A program made the translations under genes and the position numbers. Below the pieces are notes generated by a model. It had not been told where the DNA came from, ran no database searches, and saw nothing but the letters and a program-made list of their open reading frames with translations. This document shows, piece after piece, positions 1-11,323 of a DNA stretch of 33,125 bases. This DNA is from a virus. Taxonomy: Duplodnaviria; Heunggongvirae; Uroviricota; Caudoviricetes. Every line of letters starts with the position of its first letter. Position 1 is the stretch's first letter. Where the stretch lies: the IMG/VR virus record IMGVR_UViG_2718218402_000003, one strand, 5' to 3'.

Positions 1-234
1 ATGCCGGGTTACACAGAGTATGTCCTGGCTGAAGGATCTTTCTCATACGGGCAGGCGGTTGCTGTCATAACCGCTTACCGCAATGTGTTTATCCAGGATG
101 ACCCGGGAATGCATTTCCGTCGGGTTATCCGCAACGCGGAAGGTCAGCGACGCTGGCGCTGCCGGAATTCTGAACCCGATGCCGGAAAGGTGCTTAATAC
201 GCGGCTCGCCAGTGACGGTCTTCTCAGACAATAA
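1..234 (+). CDS. Possible 3' fragment of an upstream gene running into the window (partial, unidentified)
   Basis: Open frame from position 1 to a stop at 232-234; no recognisable family; could also be non-coding. Confidence 0.25.
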   Translation: MPGYTEYVLAEGSFSYGQAVAVITAYRNVFIQDDPGMHFRRVIRNAEGQRRWRCRNSEPDAGKVLNTRLASDGLLRQ

Positions 235-333
235 ACGTCATTCATTTCACCCATCAGGCCGCGTCTTCTCCGGGAGACGTGGCTTTTTCATTTATTACAC
301 CAGTAAATCTTAACCACCGATAAGGAGCAAATT

Positions 334-1152
334 ATGCGACTAGCCAGTCGTTTTGGTTATGCGAACCAGATACGCCGTGACCGTCCGCTGACACACGAAG
401 AACTGATGCACTATGTGCCGGGGATTTTCGGGGAAGATAAACACACGTCCCGAAGCCAGAACTATACGTACATCCCCACCATCACCGTACTGGAAAGCCT
501 GCAGCGGGAAGGCTTTCAGCCATTCTTCGCCTGCCAGACCCGTGTGCGCGACCCGGGCCGCCGGGGATACACAAAACACATGCTGCGTCTGCGGCGGGCC
601 GGAGAGATAAACGGAGAACATGTCCCTGAAATTATTCTGCTCAACTCTCATGACGGTACCTCCAGCTACCAGATGCTGCCGGGTTACTTCAGGTTCGTCT
701 GCCAGAACGGATGCGTCTGTGGTCAGTCTCTGGGGGAAGTGCGTGTTCCGCACCGGGGAAATGTGGTGGACAGAGTCATTGAAGGGGCTTACGAGGTGGT
801 GGGGGTTTTTGACCGGATTGAGGAAAAGCGTGATGCCATGCAGTCGCTGATTCTGCCGCCACCGGCACGCCAGGCGCTGGCACAGGCGGCACTGACTTAC
901 CGTTATGGTGACGAACATCAGCCCGTCACCACCGCCGACATTCTGACGCCACGACGCCGGGAGGATTACGGTAAGGACCTGTGGAGTGCTTATCAGACCA
1001 TTCAGGAGAATATGCTGAAAGGCGGAATTTCAGGTCGCAGCGCTAAAGGAAAACGTATCCATACCCGTGCCATTCACAGCATTGACACTGACATTAAGCT
1101 CAACCGCGCATTGTGGGTGATGGCGGAAACGCTGCTGGAGAGCCTGCGCTGA
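334..1152 (+). CDS. DUF932-family protein (YafZ/YfjQ-like) of CP4-type islands
   Basis: 272-aa ORF; sequence and position (immediately upstream of antirestriction/RadC/CbeA/CbtA genes) match the conserved CP4-44/CP4-57/CP4-6 module as I recall it. Confidence 0.7.
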   Translation: MRLASRFGYANQIRRDRPLTHEELMHYVPGIFGEDKHTSRSQNYTYIPTITVLESLQREGFQPFFACQTRVRDPGRRGYTKHMLRLRRAGEINGEHVPEIILLNSHDGTSSYQMLPGYFRFVCQNGCVCGQSLGEVRVPHRGNVVDRVIEGAYEVVGVFDRIEEKRDAMQSLILPPPARQALAQAALTYRYGDEHQPVTTADILTPRRREDYGKDLWSAYQTIQENMLKGGISGRSAKGKRIHTRAIHSIDTDIKLNRALWVMAETLLESLR

Positions 1153-1206
1153 TTCAGCCATTACCCTGAAAACCACGCATTTATTTGTCCTTTAAGGAGT
1201 CATTTC

Positions 1207-1692
1207 ATGAAAACCATTTCACATAATTCCACCACATCTTCTGTTTCCGTAACCGCTGCATCAGGGAATGACCAGCCTCAGCTGGTTGCCACCATAGTCC
1301 CTGATGAACAGCGCATCAGCTTCTGGCCGCAGCATTTTGGCCTCATTCCACAGTGGGTGACCCTAGAGCCCCGTATCTTCGGCTGGATGGACCGTCTTTG
1401 CGAAGACTACTGCGGTGGTATCTGGAATCTGTACACACTGAACAACGGTGGCGCATTTATAGCGCCCGAACCGGATGACGATGATGGCGAAACATGGGTA
1501 CTGTTCAATGCCATGAACGGTAACCGCGCTGAAATGAGCCCGGAAGCCGCCGGCATTGCCGCCTGTCTGATGACGTACAGTCATCATGCCTGTCGTACGG
1601 AGTGTTATGCCATGACGGTCCATTATTACCGGTTGCGGGATTACGCCCTGCAGCATCCGGAATGCAGCGCCATTATGCGCATCATCGACTGA
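1207..1692 (+). CDS. Antirestriction protein, KlcA/ArdB-like (YfjX/YafX family)
   Basis: 161-aa ORF with acidic DDDDGE stretch; conserved position between DUF932 and RadC-like genes. Confidence 0.7.
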   Translation: MKTISHNSTTSSVSVTAASGNDQPQLVATIVPDEQRISFWPQHFGLIPQWVTLEPRIFGWMDRLCEDYCGGIWNLYTLNNGGAFIAPEPDDDDGETWVLFNAMNGNRAEMSPEAAGIAACLMTYSHHACRTECYAMTVHYYRLRDYALQHPECSAIMRIID

Positions 1693-1707
1693 ATGGAGAG
1701 AAGCACA

Positions 1708-2184
1708 ATGCAACAACTTTCCTTTCTGCCCGGAGAGATGACGCCCGGCGAGCGCAGTCTCATTCTGCGGGCCCTGAAAACCCTGGACCGCCATCTTCAT
1801 GAACCCGGCGTGGCCTTCACCTCCACCCGTGCGGCACGGGAATGGCTGATTCTGAACATGGCGGGACTGGAGCGTGAAGAATTCCGGGTGCTGTATCTGA
1901 ATAACCAGAATCAGTTGATTGCCGGTGAAACCCTCTTCACCGGCACCATCAACCGCACGGAAGTCCATCCCCGGGAAGTGATTAAACGCGCCCTGTACCA
2001 CAATGCCGCTGCCGTGGTGCTGGCGCACAATCACCCGTCCGGTGAAGTCACACCCAGCAAGGCAGACCGCCTTATCACGGAACGTCTGGTACAGGCACTG
2101 GGCCTGGTGGATATCCGGGTGCCGGACCATCTGATAGTCGGTGGCAACCAGGTTTTCTCCTTTGCCGAACATGGTCTGCTTTAA
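1708..2184 (+). CDS. RadC-like JAB/MPN domain protein (YeeS/YkfG/YfjY family)
   Basis: HNHPSG JAMM-type motif in translation; GGAGAG Shine-Dalgarno 7 nt upstream of ATG at 1708; the track ORF starts 15 nt earlier at 1693. Confidence 0.85.
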   Translation: MQQLSFLPGEMTPGERSLILRALKTLDRHLHEPGVAFTSTRAAREWLILNMAGLEREEFRVLYLNNQNQLIAGETLFTGTINRTEVHPREVIKRALYHNAAAVVLAHNHPSGEVTPSKADRLITERLVQALGLVDIRVPDHLIVGGNQVFSFAEHGLL

Positions 2185-2246
2185 CCCGTCACAACCACAT
2201 CACGCTTGTTTTCACTTTTATCTTCTGTCTTCAGAGGTATCACACT

Positions 2247-2468
2247 ATGAAAATCATCACCCGTGGTGAAGCCATGCGTATTCACCAACAACATCCGGCA
2301 TCCCGTCTTTTTCCTTTCTGTACCGGCAAATACCGCTGGCACGGCAGCACTGAAGCGTATACCGGTCGTGAAGTGCAGGATATTCCCGGTGTGCTGGCCG
2401 TGTTTGCTGAACGCCATAAGGACAGTTTTGGCCCGTATGTCCGGCTGATGAGCGTCACCCTGAACTGA
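2247..2468 (+). CDS. DUF987-family protein (YeeT-like)
   Basis: 73-aa ORF in the conserved position between RadC-like and antitoxin genes. Confidence 0.65.
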   Translation: MKIITRGEAMRIHQQHPASRLFPFCTGKYRWHGSTEAYTGREVQDIPGVLAVFAERHKDSFGPYVRLMSVTLN

Positions 2469-2630
2469 TGTTCCGTCACCCGGAAAACGAGTACGACCAG
2501 ATGGACTCAGACGCCGCTGTGGATGAGGCCATTCTCGTCAATGCATACATCTTCACCGAAACCGGTCAGCGCGCCGGCTGACCTGTCATCGTTAAACCAT
2601 TCTTAACCACTTTTCAGAGAGGATTTTATC

Positions 2631-2999
2631 GTGTCAGACAAACTCTCCGGGATAACTCATCCCGACGACAATCACGACCGCCCCTGGTGGGGGCTTCCCT
2701 GCACAGTGAGGCCCTGTTTCGGGGCACGTCTGGTGCAGGAGGGTAACCGCCTGCATTACCTTGCCGACCGCGCCGGTATCAGAGGCCTGTTCAGCGATGC
2801 AGATGCGTACCACCTGGACCAGGCCTTTCCGCTGCTGATGAAACAACTGGAACTCATGCTCACCAGCGGTGAACTGAATCCCCGCCATCAGCATACCGTC
2901 ACGCTGTATGCGAAAGGTCTGACCTGCAAAGCTGACACCCTCGGTAGCGGTGGTTACGTTTATCTGGCTGTTTATCCGACGCCCGAAACGAAAAAGTAA
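2631..2999 (+). CDS. cbeA: Type IV antitoxin CbeA (YeeU/YfjZ/YafW family)
   Basis: 122-aa translation near-identical to my recollection of E. coli YeeU ([11 protein letters not shown]...[11 protein letters not shown]); GTG start as given by the track. Confidence 0.85.
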   Translation: MSDKLSGITHPDDNHDRPWWGLPCTVRPCFGARLVQEGNRLHYLADRAGIRGLFSDADAYHLDQAFPLLMKQLELMLTSGELNPRHQHTVTLYAKGLTCKADTLGSGGYVYLAVYPTPETKK

Positions 3000-3088
3000 A
3001 CCACCGGAATAACCTTCTGCTCCGGCCTGGTGCTTTCACCACGCCACTTTTCCATTTTTCATCTCTGCATATCAGGAAAACCTTCAGT

Positions 3089-3463
3089 ATGAAAACATTA
3101 CCCGATACACACGTACGGGAGGCATCGAGCTGCCCGTCTCCCGTCACCATCTGGCAGACTCTGCTCTCCCGACTACTGGGCCAGCATTACGGCCTTACAC
3201 TGAATGACACACCGTTCGCCGATGAACGTGTGATTGAGCAGCATATTGAAGCTGGCATTTCACTGTGTGATGCGGTGAATTTTCTCGTGGAAAAATACGC
3301 GCTGGTGCGTACCGACCAGCCGGGATTCAGCACTTGTCCCCGCTCTCAGTTAATAAACAGTATTGATATCCTCCGGGCTCGCCGGGCGACCGGCCTGATG
3401 ACCCGCGACAATTACAGAACGGTAAATAACATTACCCTGGGTAAGCATCCGGAGAAACGATGA
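3089..3463 (+). CDS. cbtA: Type IV toxin CbtA (YeeV/YpjF/YkfI family, cytoskeleton-inhibiting)
   Basis: 124-aa ORF immediately downstream of cbeA; recognised family. Confidence 0.85.
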   Translation: MKTLPDTHVREASSCPSPVTIWQTLLSRLLGQHYGLTLNDTPFADERVIEQHIEAGISLCDAVNFLVEKYALVRTDQPGFSTCPRSQLINSIDILRARRATGLMTRDNYRTVNNITLGKHPEKR

Positions 3464-3948
3464 AACTTTCCCTGATGCTGGAAGCCAACAGAATTAATGT
3501 GCAGGCACTGAACATGGGGCGAATTGTCGTTGACGTCGATGGTGTTAATCTCACTGAACTGATTAACAAGGTCGCTGAAAACGGTTATTCACTCCGCGTG
3601 GTGGAGGAATCCGACCAACAGTCAACCTGCACACTACCACCGTTTGCAACCCTTGCCGGCATACGCTGCAGTACCGCACATATCACGGAAAAGGATAACG
3701 CCTGGCTGTACTCGCTGTCACACCAGACCAGTGACTTCGGTGAATCAGAATGGATTCATTTCACAGGTAGCGGATATCTGTTACGTACCGATGCGTGGTC
3801 ATATCCGGTTCTGCGGCTTAAACGCCTGGGGCTGTCAAAAACGTTCCGTCGTCTGGTTATCACACTTACCCGACGTTATGGCGTCAGTCTCATTCATCTG
3901 GATGCCAGCGCTGAATGCCTGCCGGGTTTACCCACTTTCAACTGGTAA
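3460..3948 (+). CDS. YeeW-like protein
   Basis: 162-aa ORF overlapping the cbtA stop by 4 nt; conserved position downstream of cbtA. Confidence 0.55.
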   Translation: MKLSLMLEANRINVQALNMGRIVVDVDGVNLTELINKVAENGYSLRVVEESDQQSTCTLPPFATLAGIRCSTAHITEKDNAWLYSLSHQTSDFGESEWIHFTGSGYLLRTDAWSYPVLRLKRLGLSKTFRRLVITLTRRYGVSLIHLDASAECLPGLPTFNW

Positions 3949-3959
3949 CCAGGAACAAC

Positions 3960-4157
3960 ATGAAATCATTAACCACGGAAACCGCACTGGATATTCTGAT
4001 TGCGTGGCTGCAGGACAATATCGACTGCGAATCGGGAATTATCTTTGACAACAATGAGGATAAAACGGATTCAGCAGCACTGTTGCCCTGTATCGAACAG
4101 GCCAGAGAGGATATCCGTACCCTGCGCCAACTGCAGCTTCAGCACCAGAACCGGTGA
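3960..4157 (+). CDS. Small hypothetical protein (65 aa)
   Basis: ATG at 3960 (MKSLTTETALDIL...) inside the track ORF 3915-4157; followed by a terminator-like hairpin. Confidence 0.4.
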   Translation: MKSLTTETALDILIAWLQDNIDCESGIIFDNNEDKTDSAALLPCIEQAREDIRTLRQLQLQHQNR

Positions 4158-4199
4158 GTCTCACTCATCATCTCACTCACCAGACTTCATTCCACTGAC

Positions 4200-4230
4200 G
4201 CCAGCCTGAACACGGCTGGCGTTTTCATTT
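4200..4230 (+). terminator. Rho-independent terminator-like hairpin
   Basis: GCCAGCC-tgaacac-GGCTGGC stem-loop followed by GTTTTCATTT. Confidence 0.5.
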
Positions 4231-4253
4231 ATCTGCAAAAAGGAATATCGATT

Positions 4254-4823
4254 ATGTCTGAAATCACAGTCTCCCGTCCGGAAGTGGTCAACGAGAATAC
4301 GGACGTTATCTGCTCCACCTCAGTCAGGTACAGGTCACTGGAATATGATAATTTTCCGGAAATCAGCGAAGCGAACATTCTGAGCACATTTGAACAACTG
4401 CACCAGAACAAAGATGAAGTGTTTGAACGGGGAGTGATCAACGTCTTCAAAGGGCTGAGCTGGGATTACAAAACCAACTCACCCTGTAAATTTGGCAGTA
4501 AAATTATCGTCAACAATCTGGTGAGATGGGACCAGTGGGGATTTCATCTTATCAGTGGAATGCAGGCAGATCGCCTGGCTGACCTGGAAAGAATGTTGCA
4601 TCTGCTCAGCGGTAAACCGATCCCCGACAACCGAGGGAATATCACCATTAATCTGGATGACCACATACAGTCCGTTCAGGGTAAAGGACGCTATGAAGAT
4701 GAGATGTTCATCATTAAATACTTTAAGAAGGGATCTGCACACATCACTTTCAAAAGGCTGGAGCTGATTGACAGAATTAACGATATAATAGCCAGGCACT
4801 TTCCTTCTGTGCTCTCAGCCTGA
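4254..4823 (+). CDS. Hypothetical protein (189 aa)
   Basis: Clean ORF with AGGAATA RBS-like sequence upstream; no family recognised with confidence. Confidence 0.5.
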   Translation: MSEITVSRPEVVNENTDVICSTSVRYRSLEYDNFPEISEANILSTFEQLHQNKDEVFERGVINVFKGLSWDYKTNSPCKFGSKIIVNNLVRWDQWGFHLISGMQADRLADLERMLHLLSGKPIPDNRGNITINLDDHIQSVQGKGRYEDEMFIIKYFKKGSAHITFKRLELIDRINDIIARHFPSVLSA

Positions 4824-4885
4824 CCCCGAGTTTGATTCCCTTTCGATATCAAAAGGGACTGCGGGTACAAAAGAGGGTACATATT

Positions 4886-5125
4886 TCACCAAACCAAACA
4901 AAATAAACTAATATCAACATGATAGAAGCATTCTTCGATTCCGAGTCCGGCACCAAACCCTGCAGCCATTACAGTGAGGTGTGTTGTTTCGCCATTTGGA
5001 TATTCACGCATGATGGTGTTAACTCCGGTCATCACTGGCACTACCATTGCTGGTTCAGAGTTAAAAAAAACTATTATTTTTTTCATAATGTTACCGTAAT
5101 ATGTGAGTATCCATCGACTAGACAC
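4886..5125 (-). CDS. Doubtful small ORF in the AT-rich island/prophage junction
   Basis: 79-aa frame overlapped by an equally plausible plus-strand ORF (4919-5128); neither recognised. Confidence 0.15.
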   Translation of the reverse strand: MSSRWILTYYGNIMKKIIVFFNSEPAMVVPVMTGVNTIMREYPNGETTHLTVMAAGFGAGLGIEECFYHVDISLFCLVW

Positions 5126-5127
5126 TA

Positions 5128-5150
5128 AGCAAAAAAGCTCCCGAAGGAGC
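5128..5150 (-). terminator. Rho-independent terminator (minus-strand sense)
   Basis: GCTCC-CGAA-GGAGC hairpin at 5137-5150 followed on the minus strand by TTTTTT (plus-strand A-run 5131-5136); lies about 200 nt downstream of cspI. Confidence 0.45.
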
Positions 5151-5357
5151 CTTCATTTTCACTTTCTTAAATCTAACGACAGATGGCTAACATTTAAGTA
5201 TTGTGAAATATTATCAAATGTAATCATCATTGATTTACAAAAGATACATTTTGCCCCGAAAGGATTTCTGTCAGAAACATCAAAAGATGATGTTCTATAC
5301 TGAGAACCATGGCAACACGGGCATCTAAAGTGAATATGGTTTGTAATATTTTCTACC

Positions 5358-5570
5358 TCAAAGTGCCACTACATGAACAGCTGCAGGGCCTTTAGGTCCG
5401 TTCTCAATACCAAATTCGACTTCCTGATTCTCAGTTAACGTTTTGAAATCGTTGCTCTGAATAGCTGAGAAATGCACAAACACATCTTTGCTACCATCTT
5501 TCGGCGTGATGAAACCAAAACCTTTTTCAGGGTTAAACCATTTCACTAAACCAGTCATTTTGTTAGACAT
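5358..5570 (-). CDS. cspI: Cold-shock protein, CspA family (Qin prophage CspI-like)
   Basis: 70-aa [21 protein letters not shown]...; RNP1-like KGFGFI motif; long AT-rich 5' leader upstream. Confidence 0.85.
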   Translation of the reverse strand: MSNKMTGLVKWFNPEKGFGFITPKDGSKDVFVHFSAIQSNDFKTLTENQEVEFGIENGPKGPAAVHVVAL

Positions 5571-5933
5571 CATTATTACCTTTTGAAGAAGTTAGCCCTT
5601 GGGCAGAATGGTCCGAAAAAAAATATCAGAGAGAAAAACCAACAAGGAAATCTCAAGAGGTACAAATAATAAAATTATAACAATGACTGCTTCAGATAAT
5701 TTTGTAACAAACCAGAACACCATTAACGCATGATTAACCAACCATAGCAAGGATTACTTTTGTAAAGAAAAACACACGAATGAAACAATAGCTTTATTTA
5801 TTAATAAAACGTGTCATTCTGTCTAATGACCTTTTATCTTACCCCTAAGATTTCAAGGATTTTGACTCATGGAAGAGTCCTTTTTATTTAAATTTCACAT
5901 TCAGCGCTAAAAATAATCCGATTTAATATTAAT

Positions 5934-6957
<1,024 letters not shown>

Positions 6958-6961
<4 letters not shown>

Positions 6962-7269
6962 AGATATTTATGATGAGGACGCTCGTGCTTATTGGCAGGA
7001 TTTTCAATCTTAAAGGAGTACTGATGCTGCAGATAAGACTCAACTTTTTCTGACAATTTTTCTGCTACTTCCAGGAAGACTTGCCGGACGCTCATTCTGG
7101 CTGCTGCCTCATAAAACTCCAGCGCAGCTCCTTCAACACGGTCCATGGCGACATCCAGGCCAAAAATTTCACCGTCAAAGCGTTCTTTGTCCTGTAAGGC
7201 TACAGTTACCGTAACTTTATTCTCAAAATTACGGACTCCTTTCACAACCAGTTCATAGTCTTGAGTCAT
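6958..7269 (-). CDS. ydfR: DUF1327-family protein (YdfR-like)
   Basis: 103-aa ORF between holin and lysozyme, as in Qin. Confidence 0.6.
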
Positions 7270-7273
7270 TGGA

Positions 7274-7489
7274 TTACTCTCCTCTCGCAGCCTTACGCCT
7301 GTCTTCTTTAATCTTGAAATAAAGATTTGTCAGATACGTCAGCATGCCAAATACCAGACTACCCAATACACCTATTGCCGCCCACTGTGAGGGCGTGACT
7401 TTATCGAGCAACTGTAAAAACCAGTAGCCAGCACTGCCTGCAGAGGTGCTGTAGGCGATGCCCGTTGTTAACTTATCCATGGATTTCAT
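7274..7489 (-). CDS. essQ: Class II holin (EssQ/EssD-like)
   Basis: 71 aa from ATG at 7489 ([13 protein letters not shown]...) preceded by GGAGGTGA Shine-Dalgarno; the track ORF is extended upstream. Confidence 0.8.
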   Translation of the reverse strand: MKSMDKLTTGIAYSTSAGSAGYWFLQLLDKVTPSQWAAIGVLGSLVFGMLTYLTNLYFKIKEDRRKAARGE

Positions 7490-7679
7490 AGCCTCACCTC
7501 CGCAGATAACGGATGGTGTACACGGTTTGGTTCGAAGAAGGAAAGAAGTTACATTAGCGTAAGGCCCGAACATCTATTCAAAAAGAAAAACGCCAGCAAT
7601 TATTCTGGCGTAGCTAAAAATATCGTATAATCTTACACTTCAAAAAATAACTTTATAAAATGCCATCACATCATATCTT

Positions 7680-8402
7680 CTAAGAAAATCTTGATAAATA
7701 TTGGTGCGGAGGCACACCAAAATATCCTCTAAAAACACTTACAAAATATGATGCATTGTCATACCCGCATATTCCCGCCACCTTGCCGACAGTATGGTTA
7801 CTGTAGATCAATAATCTTTGCGCCATCATCATTCGTTCTTCAAGAATTAATTTACTAAACGATAATCCTTCGTCTTTTAATTTTCTTTTTAACAAACTCT
7901 CGCTCATATATAATCTTGAAGATATATCACAAAGTCTCCATGACGCTGAGATATCCGAGTGAATAATAGCCTTAACTTTACAACCTAAGCTATTAAGACT
8001 TCCGAACAAAAAACTTTGCACCATTTTCTCTGAAGATAAGACAGCAAGACATGCAAGTGATATTTGATTGCTAACTACATCCACGGTTTTGCTATCACAA
8101 TTCAAGCATGCAACCAAGTTCTTTAACAATGAAAAATCTTCACATTCTACTATCAAGTATGACGGATAAAACCTTCTTACAGAAAAAGGTGAGAGTGTGT
8201 AGTTTTTAAAGAAATCATTAACTGTTTTCTCCTCAACATCTACGATCATTAGATGATCTGTATTTGACGAAAAAAGATCTTTTAAATTGTATTCAATGAG
8301 GACAGCATTTCCTTTTTTAAACAAAATATCTTCTTTACCAATTCGGACACCAAACGAGTTCAACACCAAAATGATAGAACATATGTATGGCATATTATCC
8401 AC
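7680..8402 (-). CDS. AraC-family transcriptional regulator (AppY/EnvY/PerA-like)
   Basis: 240 aa with C-terminal AraC-type HTH region; gene is markedly AT-rich relative to flanks. Confidence 0.75.
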   Translation of the reverse strand: MDNMPYICSIILVLNSFGVRIGKEDILFKKGNAVLIEYNLKDLFSSNTDHLMIVDVEEKTVNDFFKNYTLSPFSVRRFYPSYLIVECEDFSLLKNLVACLNCDSKTVDVVSNQISLACLAVLSSEKMVQSFLFGSLNSLGCKVKAIIHSDISASWRLCDISSRLYMSESLLKRKLKDEGLSFSKLILEERMMMAQRLLIYSNHTVGKVAGICGYDNASYFVSVFRGYFGVPPHQYLSRFS

Positions 8403-8799
8403 CTGATATCATTGGGGTTACACCAGGTAAGTATAGGTGGAAAATCAATATTCGCCAGTTCAACAATAAGGAAAATCTCATTGCATCACAACTATAAAAC
8501 CATGTGTTTAACTCACAAAAAACAAATCATTAAACTAATCTGTTATATTATAATAGCTGCGTGCAATAATAATATTATATGCTCTTAATATTCACTTGAA
8601 ATATCTTCATATAAAAACAGATTGAATAAAATCTTTTGGGGCTGGTATGTTTACCAACATTAAATTGCATCTCAATGTTTTCTTTAGCGTGAACAGGATT
8701 TTTATAAAAACTGACACTATGAGCATCATAGCGTAGTTTTTACGATTGTAAATATCCTGCATACAGGAACTCATCACTTTCAGATGATATCGCATACAG

Positions 8800-9759
8800 T
8801 TAATTCACCATCAGTCTTAGAGCCAGTTCTTCCGGATAGGGATCGAAGTAATTCTGTGTAAGCAAGTAATCATTAGGATACTCACCCAGATAATGCTTCA
8901 GCAGAGTCAACGGCGCAAGAAGAGGCAATGTGCCAAAGCGATAGTTAAGTATAACCTCGCTCAACTCTTTACGCTGGCGTGTACTTAAGTAATTACTAAA
9001 ATACCCCTGTATATGCATCAGCACATTCGTGTGATTTTTACGTGATGCTGGTTTTCTGAGAATCGCCATCAGATTATCACGATACACCTCAAAGTATGAT
9101 TCAAGGTCCGCCCACTCGTGTATTGCAGCCACAAATGGTCCCATATCTTTATAGCCTGCCTGGCTATGCGCCAACAACTGAAGCTTATAACGACTATGAA
9201 AAGCTAATAACTCTCTTCTTGATAATTTCTCCTTGTAAAGGTGATTGAGCTCATGCAAAGCAAAAACTCTTTCAATAAAATTCTCACGAAGCACTGGATC
9301 ATGTAATCGCCCATCCTCTTCAACCGGTAGCCAGGAAAACTTTTCCATCAAAGTGCTCGTAAATAGTCCCACTCCATCTTTACGACCTCGATTACCATTT
9401 TCATCATAGACACGCACGCGCTCCATGCCACAGCTGGGAGATTTAGCACAAACCACAAACCCCGATACATCCTTTAATTTGTCCATATAAGAACGACTAA
9501 ACTCTGTCATTCTCTCTGTCACATCCTCATTCTGGTCGTGGCTGAAACACATCCGTATATTTCCTTGCTTCGAGCGCACAAGTCGTAGAGCAGGACGCGG
9601 AACTGGCAGCCCTATAGCCATTTCCGGACATACTGGTCTGAATGTTACCCATTCCACTAATTTGTCCATTAAAAAGTCATCTCTTTTGTGACCACCATCA
9701 AAACGAACAGCAGAACCGCCCAAACAACCGCTGATCCCAATCACAGGTTTTTTTATCAT
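8800..9759 (-). CDS. Fused DUF523/DUF1722 protein (YbgA-like; DUF523 domain resembles thiouracil desulfurase family)
   Basis: 319 aa; N-terminal GISGCLGG...RFDGGH motif; GGAGGA Shine-Dalgarno upstream of ATG. Confidence 0.6.
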   Translation of the reverse strand: MIKKPVIGISGCLGGSAVRFDGGHKRDDFLMDKLVEWVTFRPVCPEMAIGLPVPRPALRLVRSKQGNIRMCFSHDQNEDVTERMTEFSRSYMDKLKDVSGFVVCAKSPSCGMERVRVYDENGNRGRKDGVGLFTSTLMEKFSWLPVEEDGRLHDPVLRENFIERVFALHELNHLYKEKLSRRELLAFHSRYKLQLLAHSQAGYKDMGPFVAAIHEWADLESYFEVYRDNLMAILRKPASRKNHTNVLMHIQGYFSNYLSTRQRKELSEVILNYRFGTLPLLAPLTLLKHYLGEYPNDYLLTQNYFDPYPEELALRLMVN

Positions 9760-10160
9760 TTCCTCCCCCTTGACTAATTCATTAACACATAAACTTTGTA
9801 GTGCACGGACTAAATTGCCTTTCTGGCTTCATCACTGACAATTTTTCTGTTATTGACTATTCCTAATATAGTAGGAAAGTTCTTTAAGTGATCGGTCGTA
9901 CTCATCTATCTTTCATACTTACTCTCAACTATCAAAAGTACAGGATTTATTATGAAGTTATGGCCTGTGTTGACTGGCATTGCACTCTCTTTCACTCTTA
10001 TAGCATGTAAGGCCCCGACACCACCTAAAGGTGTGCAGCCGATTACAAATTTTGACGCCAACCGCTACCTCGGAAAATGGTATGAAATAGCTCGCTGATC
10101 TTACCCAGCAATAGTGGACACGCGGCTAAGTGAGTAAACTCTCAGTCAGAGGTGACTCAC

Positions 10161-10460
10161 ATGACAAAAACAGTATCAACCAGTAAAAAACCCCGTAAAC
10201 AGCATTCGCCTGAATTTCGCAGTGAAGCCCTGAAGCTTGCTGAACGCATCGGTGTTACTGCCGCAGCCCGTGAACTCAGCCTGTATGAATCACAGCTCTA
10301 CAACTGGCGCAGTAAACAGCAAAATCAGCAGACGTCTTCTGAACGTGAACTGGAGATGTCTACCGAGATTGCACGTCTCAAACGCCAGCTGGCAGAACGG
10401 GATGAAGAGCTGGCTATCCTCCAAAAGGCCGCGACATACTTCGCGAAGCGCCTGAAATGA
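10161..10460 (+). CDS. insE: IS3 OrfA (InsE-like)
   Basis: 99 aa from ATG 10161; HTH plus leucine-zipper-like region. Confidence 0.85.
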   Translation: MTKTVSTSKKPRKQHSPEFRSEALKLAERIGVTAAARELSLYESQLYNWRSKQQNQQTSSERELEMSTEIARLKRQLAERDEELAILQKAATYFAKRLK

Positions 10461-11323
10461 AGTATGTCTTTATTGAAAAACATCAGGCTGAGTTCAGCAT
10501 CAAAGCAATGTGCCGCGTGCTCCGGGTGGCCCGCAGCGGCTGGTATACGTGGTGTCAGCGGCGGACAAGGATAAGCACGCGTCAGCAGTTCCGCCAACAC
10601 TGCGACAGCGTTGTCCTCGCGGCTTTTACCCGGTCAAAACAGCGTTACGGTGCCCCACGCCTGACGGATGAACTGCGTGCTCAGGGTTACCCCTTTAACG
10701 TAAAAACCGTGGCGGCAAGCCTGCGCCGTCAGGGACTGAGGGCAAAGGCCTCCCGGAAGTTCAGCCCGGTCAGCTACCGCGCACACGGCCTGCCTGTGTC
10801 AGAAAATCTGTTGGAGCAGGATTTTTACGCCAGTGGCCCGAACCAGAAGTGGGCAGGAGACATCACGTACTTACGTACAGATGAAGGCTGGCTGTATCTG
10901 GCAGTGGTCATTGACCTGTGGTCACGTGCCGTTATTGGCTGGTCAATGTCGCCACGCATGACGGCGCAACTGGCCTGCGATGCCCTGCAGATGGCGCTGT
11001 GGCGGCGTAAGAGGCCCCGGAACGTTATCGTTCACACGGACCGTGGAGGCCAGTACTGTTCAGCAGATTATCAGGCGCAACTGAAGCGACATAATCTGCG
11101 TGGAAGTATGAGCGCAAAAGGTTGCTGCTACGATAATGCCTGCGTGGAAAGCTTCTTTCATTCGCTGAAAGTGGAATGTATCCATGGAGAACACTTTATC
11201 AGCCGGGAAATAATGCGGGCAACGGTGTTTAATTATATCGAATGTGATTACAATCGGTGGCGGCGGCACAGTTGGTGTGGCGGCCTCAGTCCGGAACAAT
11301 TTGAAAACCAGAACCTCGCTTAG
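10457..11323 (+). CDS. insF: IS3 OrfB transposase (InsF-like, DDE catalytic domain)
   Basis: 288 aa in the -1 frame relative to orfA with TGA/ATG overlap; matches IS3 InsF as I recall it. Confidence 0.9.
   Translation: MKYVFIEKHQAEFSIKAMCRVLRVARSGWYTWCQRRTRISTRQQFRQHCDSVVLAAFTRSKQRYGAPRLTDELRAQGYPFNVKTVAASLRRQGLRAKASRKFSPVSYRAHGLPVSENLLEQDFYASGPNQKWAGDITYLRTDEGWLYLAVVIDLWSRAVIGWSMSPRMTAQLACDALQMALWRRKRPRNVIVHTDRGGQYCSADYQAQLKRHNLRGSMSAKGCCYDNACVESFFHSLKVECIHGEHFISREIMRATVFNYIECDYNRWRRHSWCGGLSPEQFENQNLA

Noticed and set aside
340-918. 192-aa minus-strand ORF
   Set aside because: Antisense to the DUF932 gene; no RBS and no recognisable family.
1363-2172. 269-aa minus-strand ORF
   Set aside because: Lies antisense across the antirestriction and RadC-like genes, which have recognisable products and RBS; typical antisense open frame in GC-rich coding DNA.
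8607-8795. 62-aa minus-strand ORF in AT-rich intergenic DNA
   Set aside because: Hydrophobic low-complexity translation from AT-rich sequence with no convincing RBS; more likely promoter/leader DNA of the AraC-family gene.
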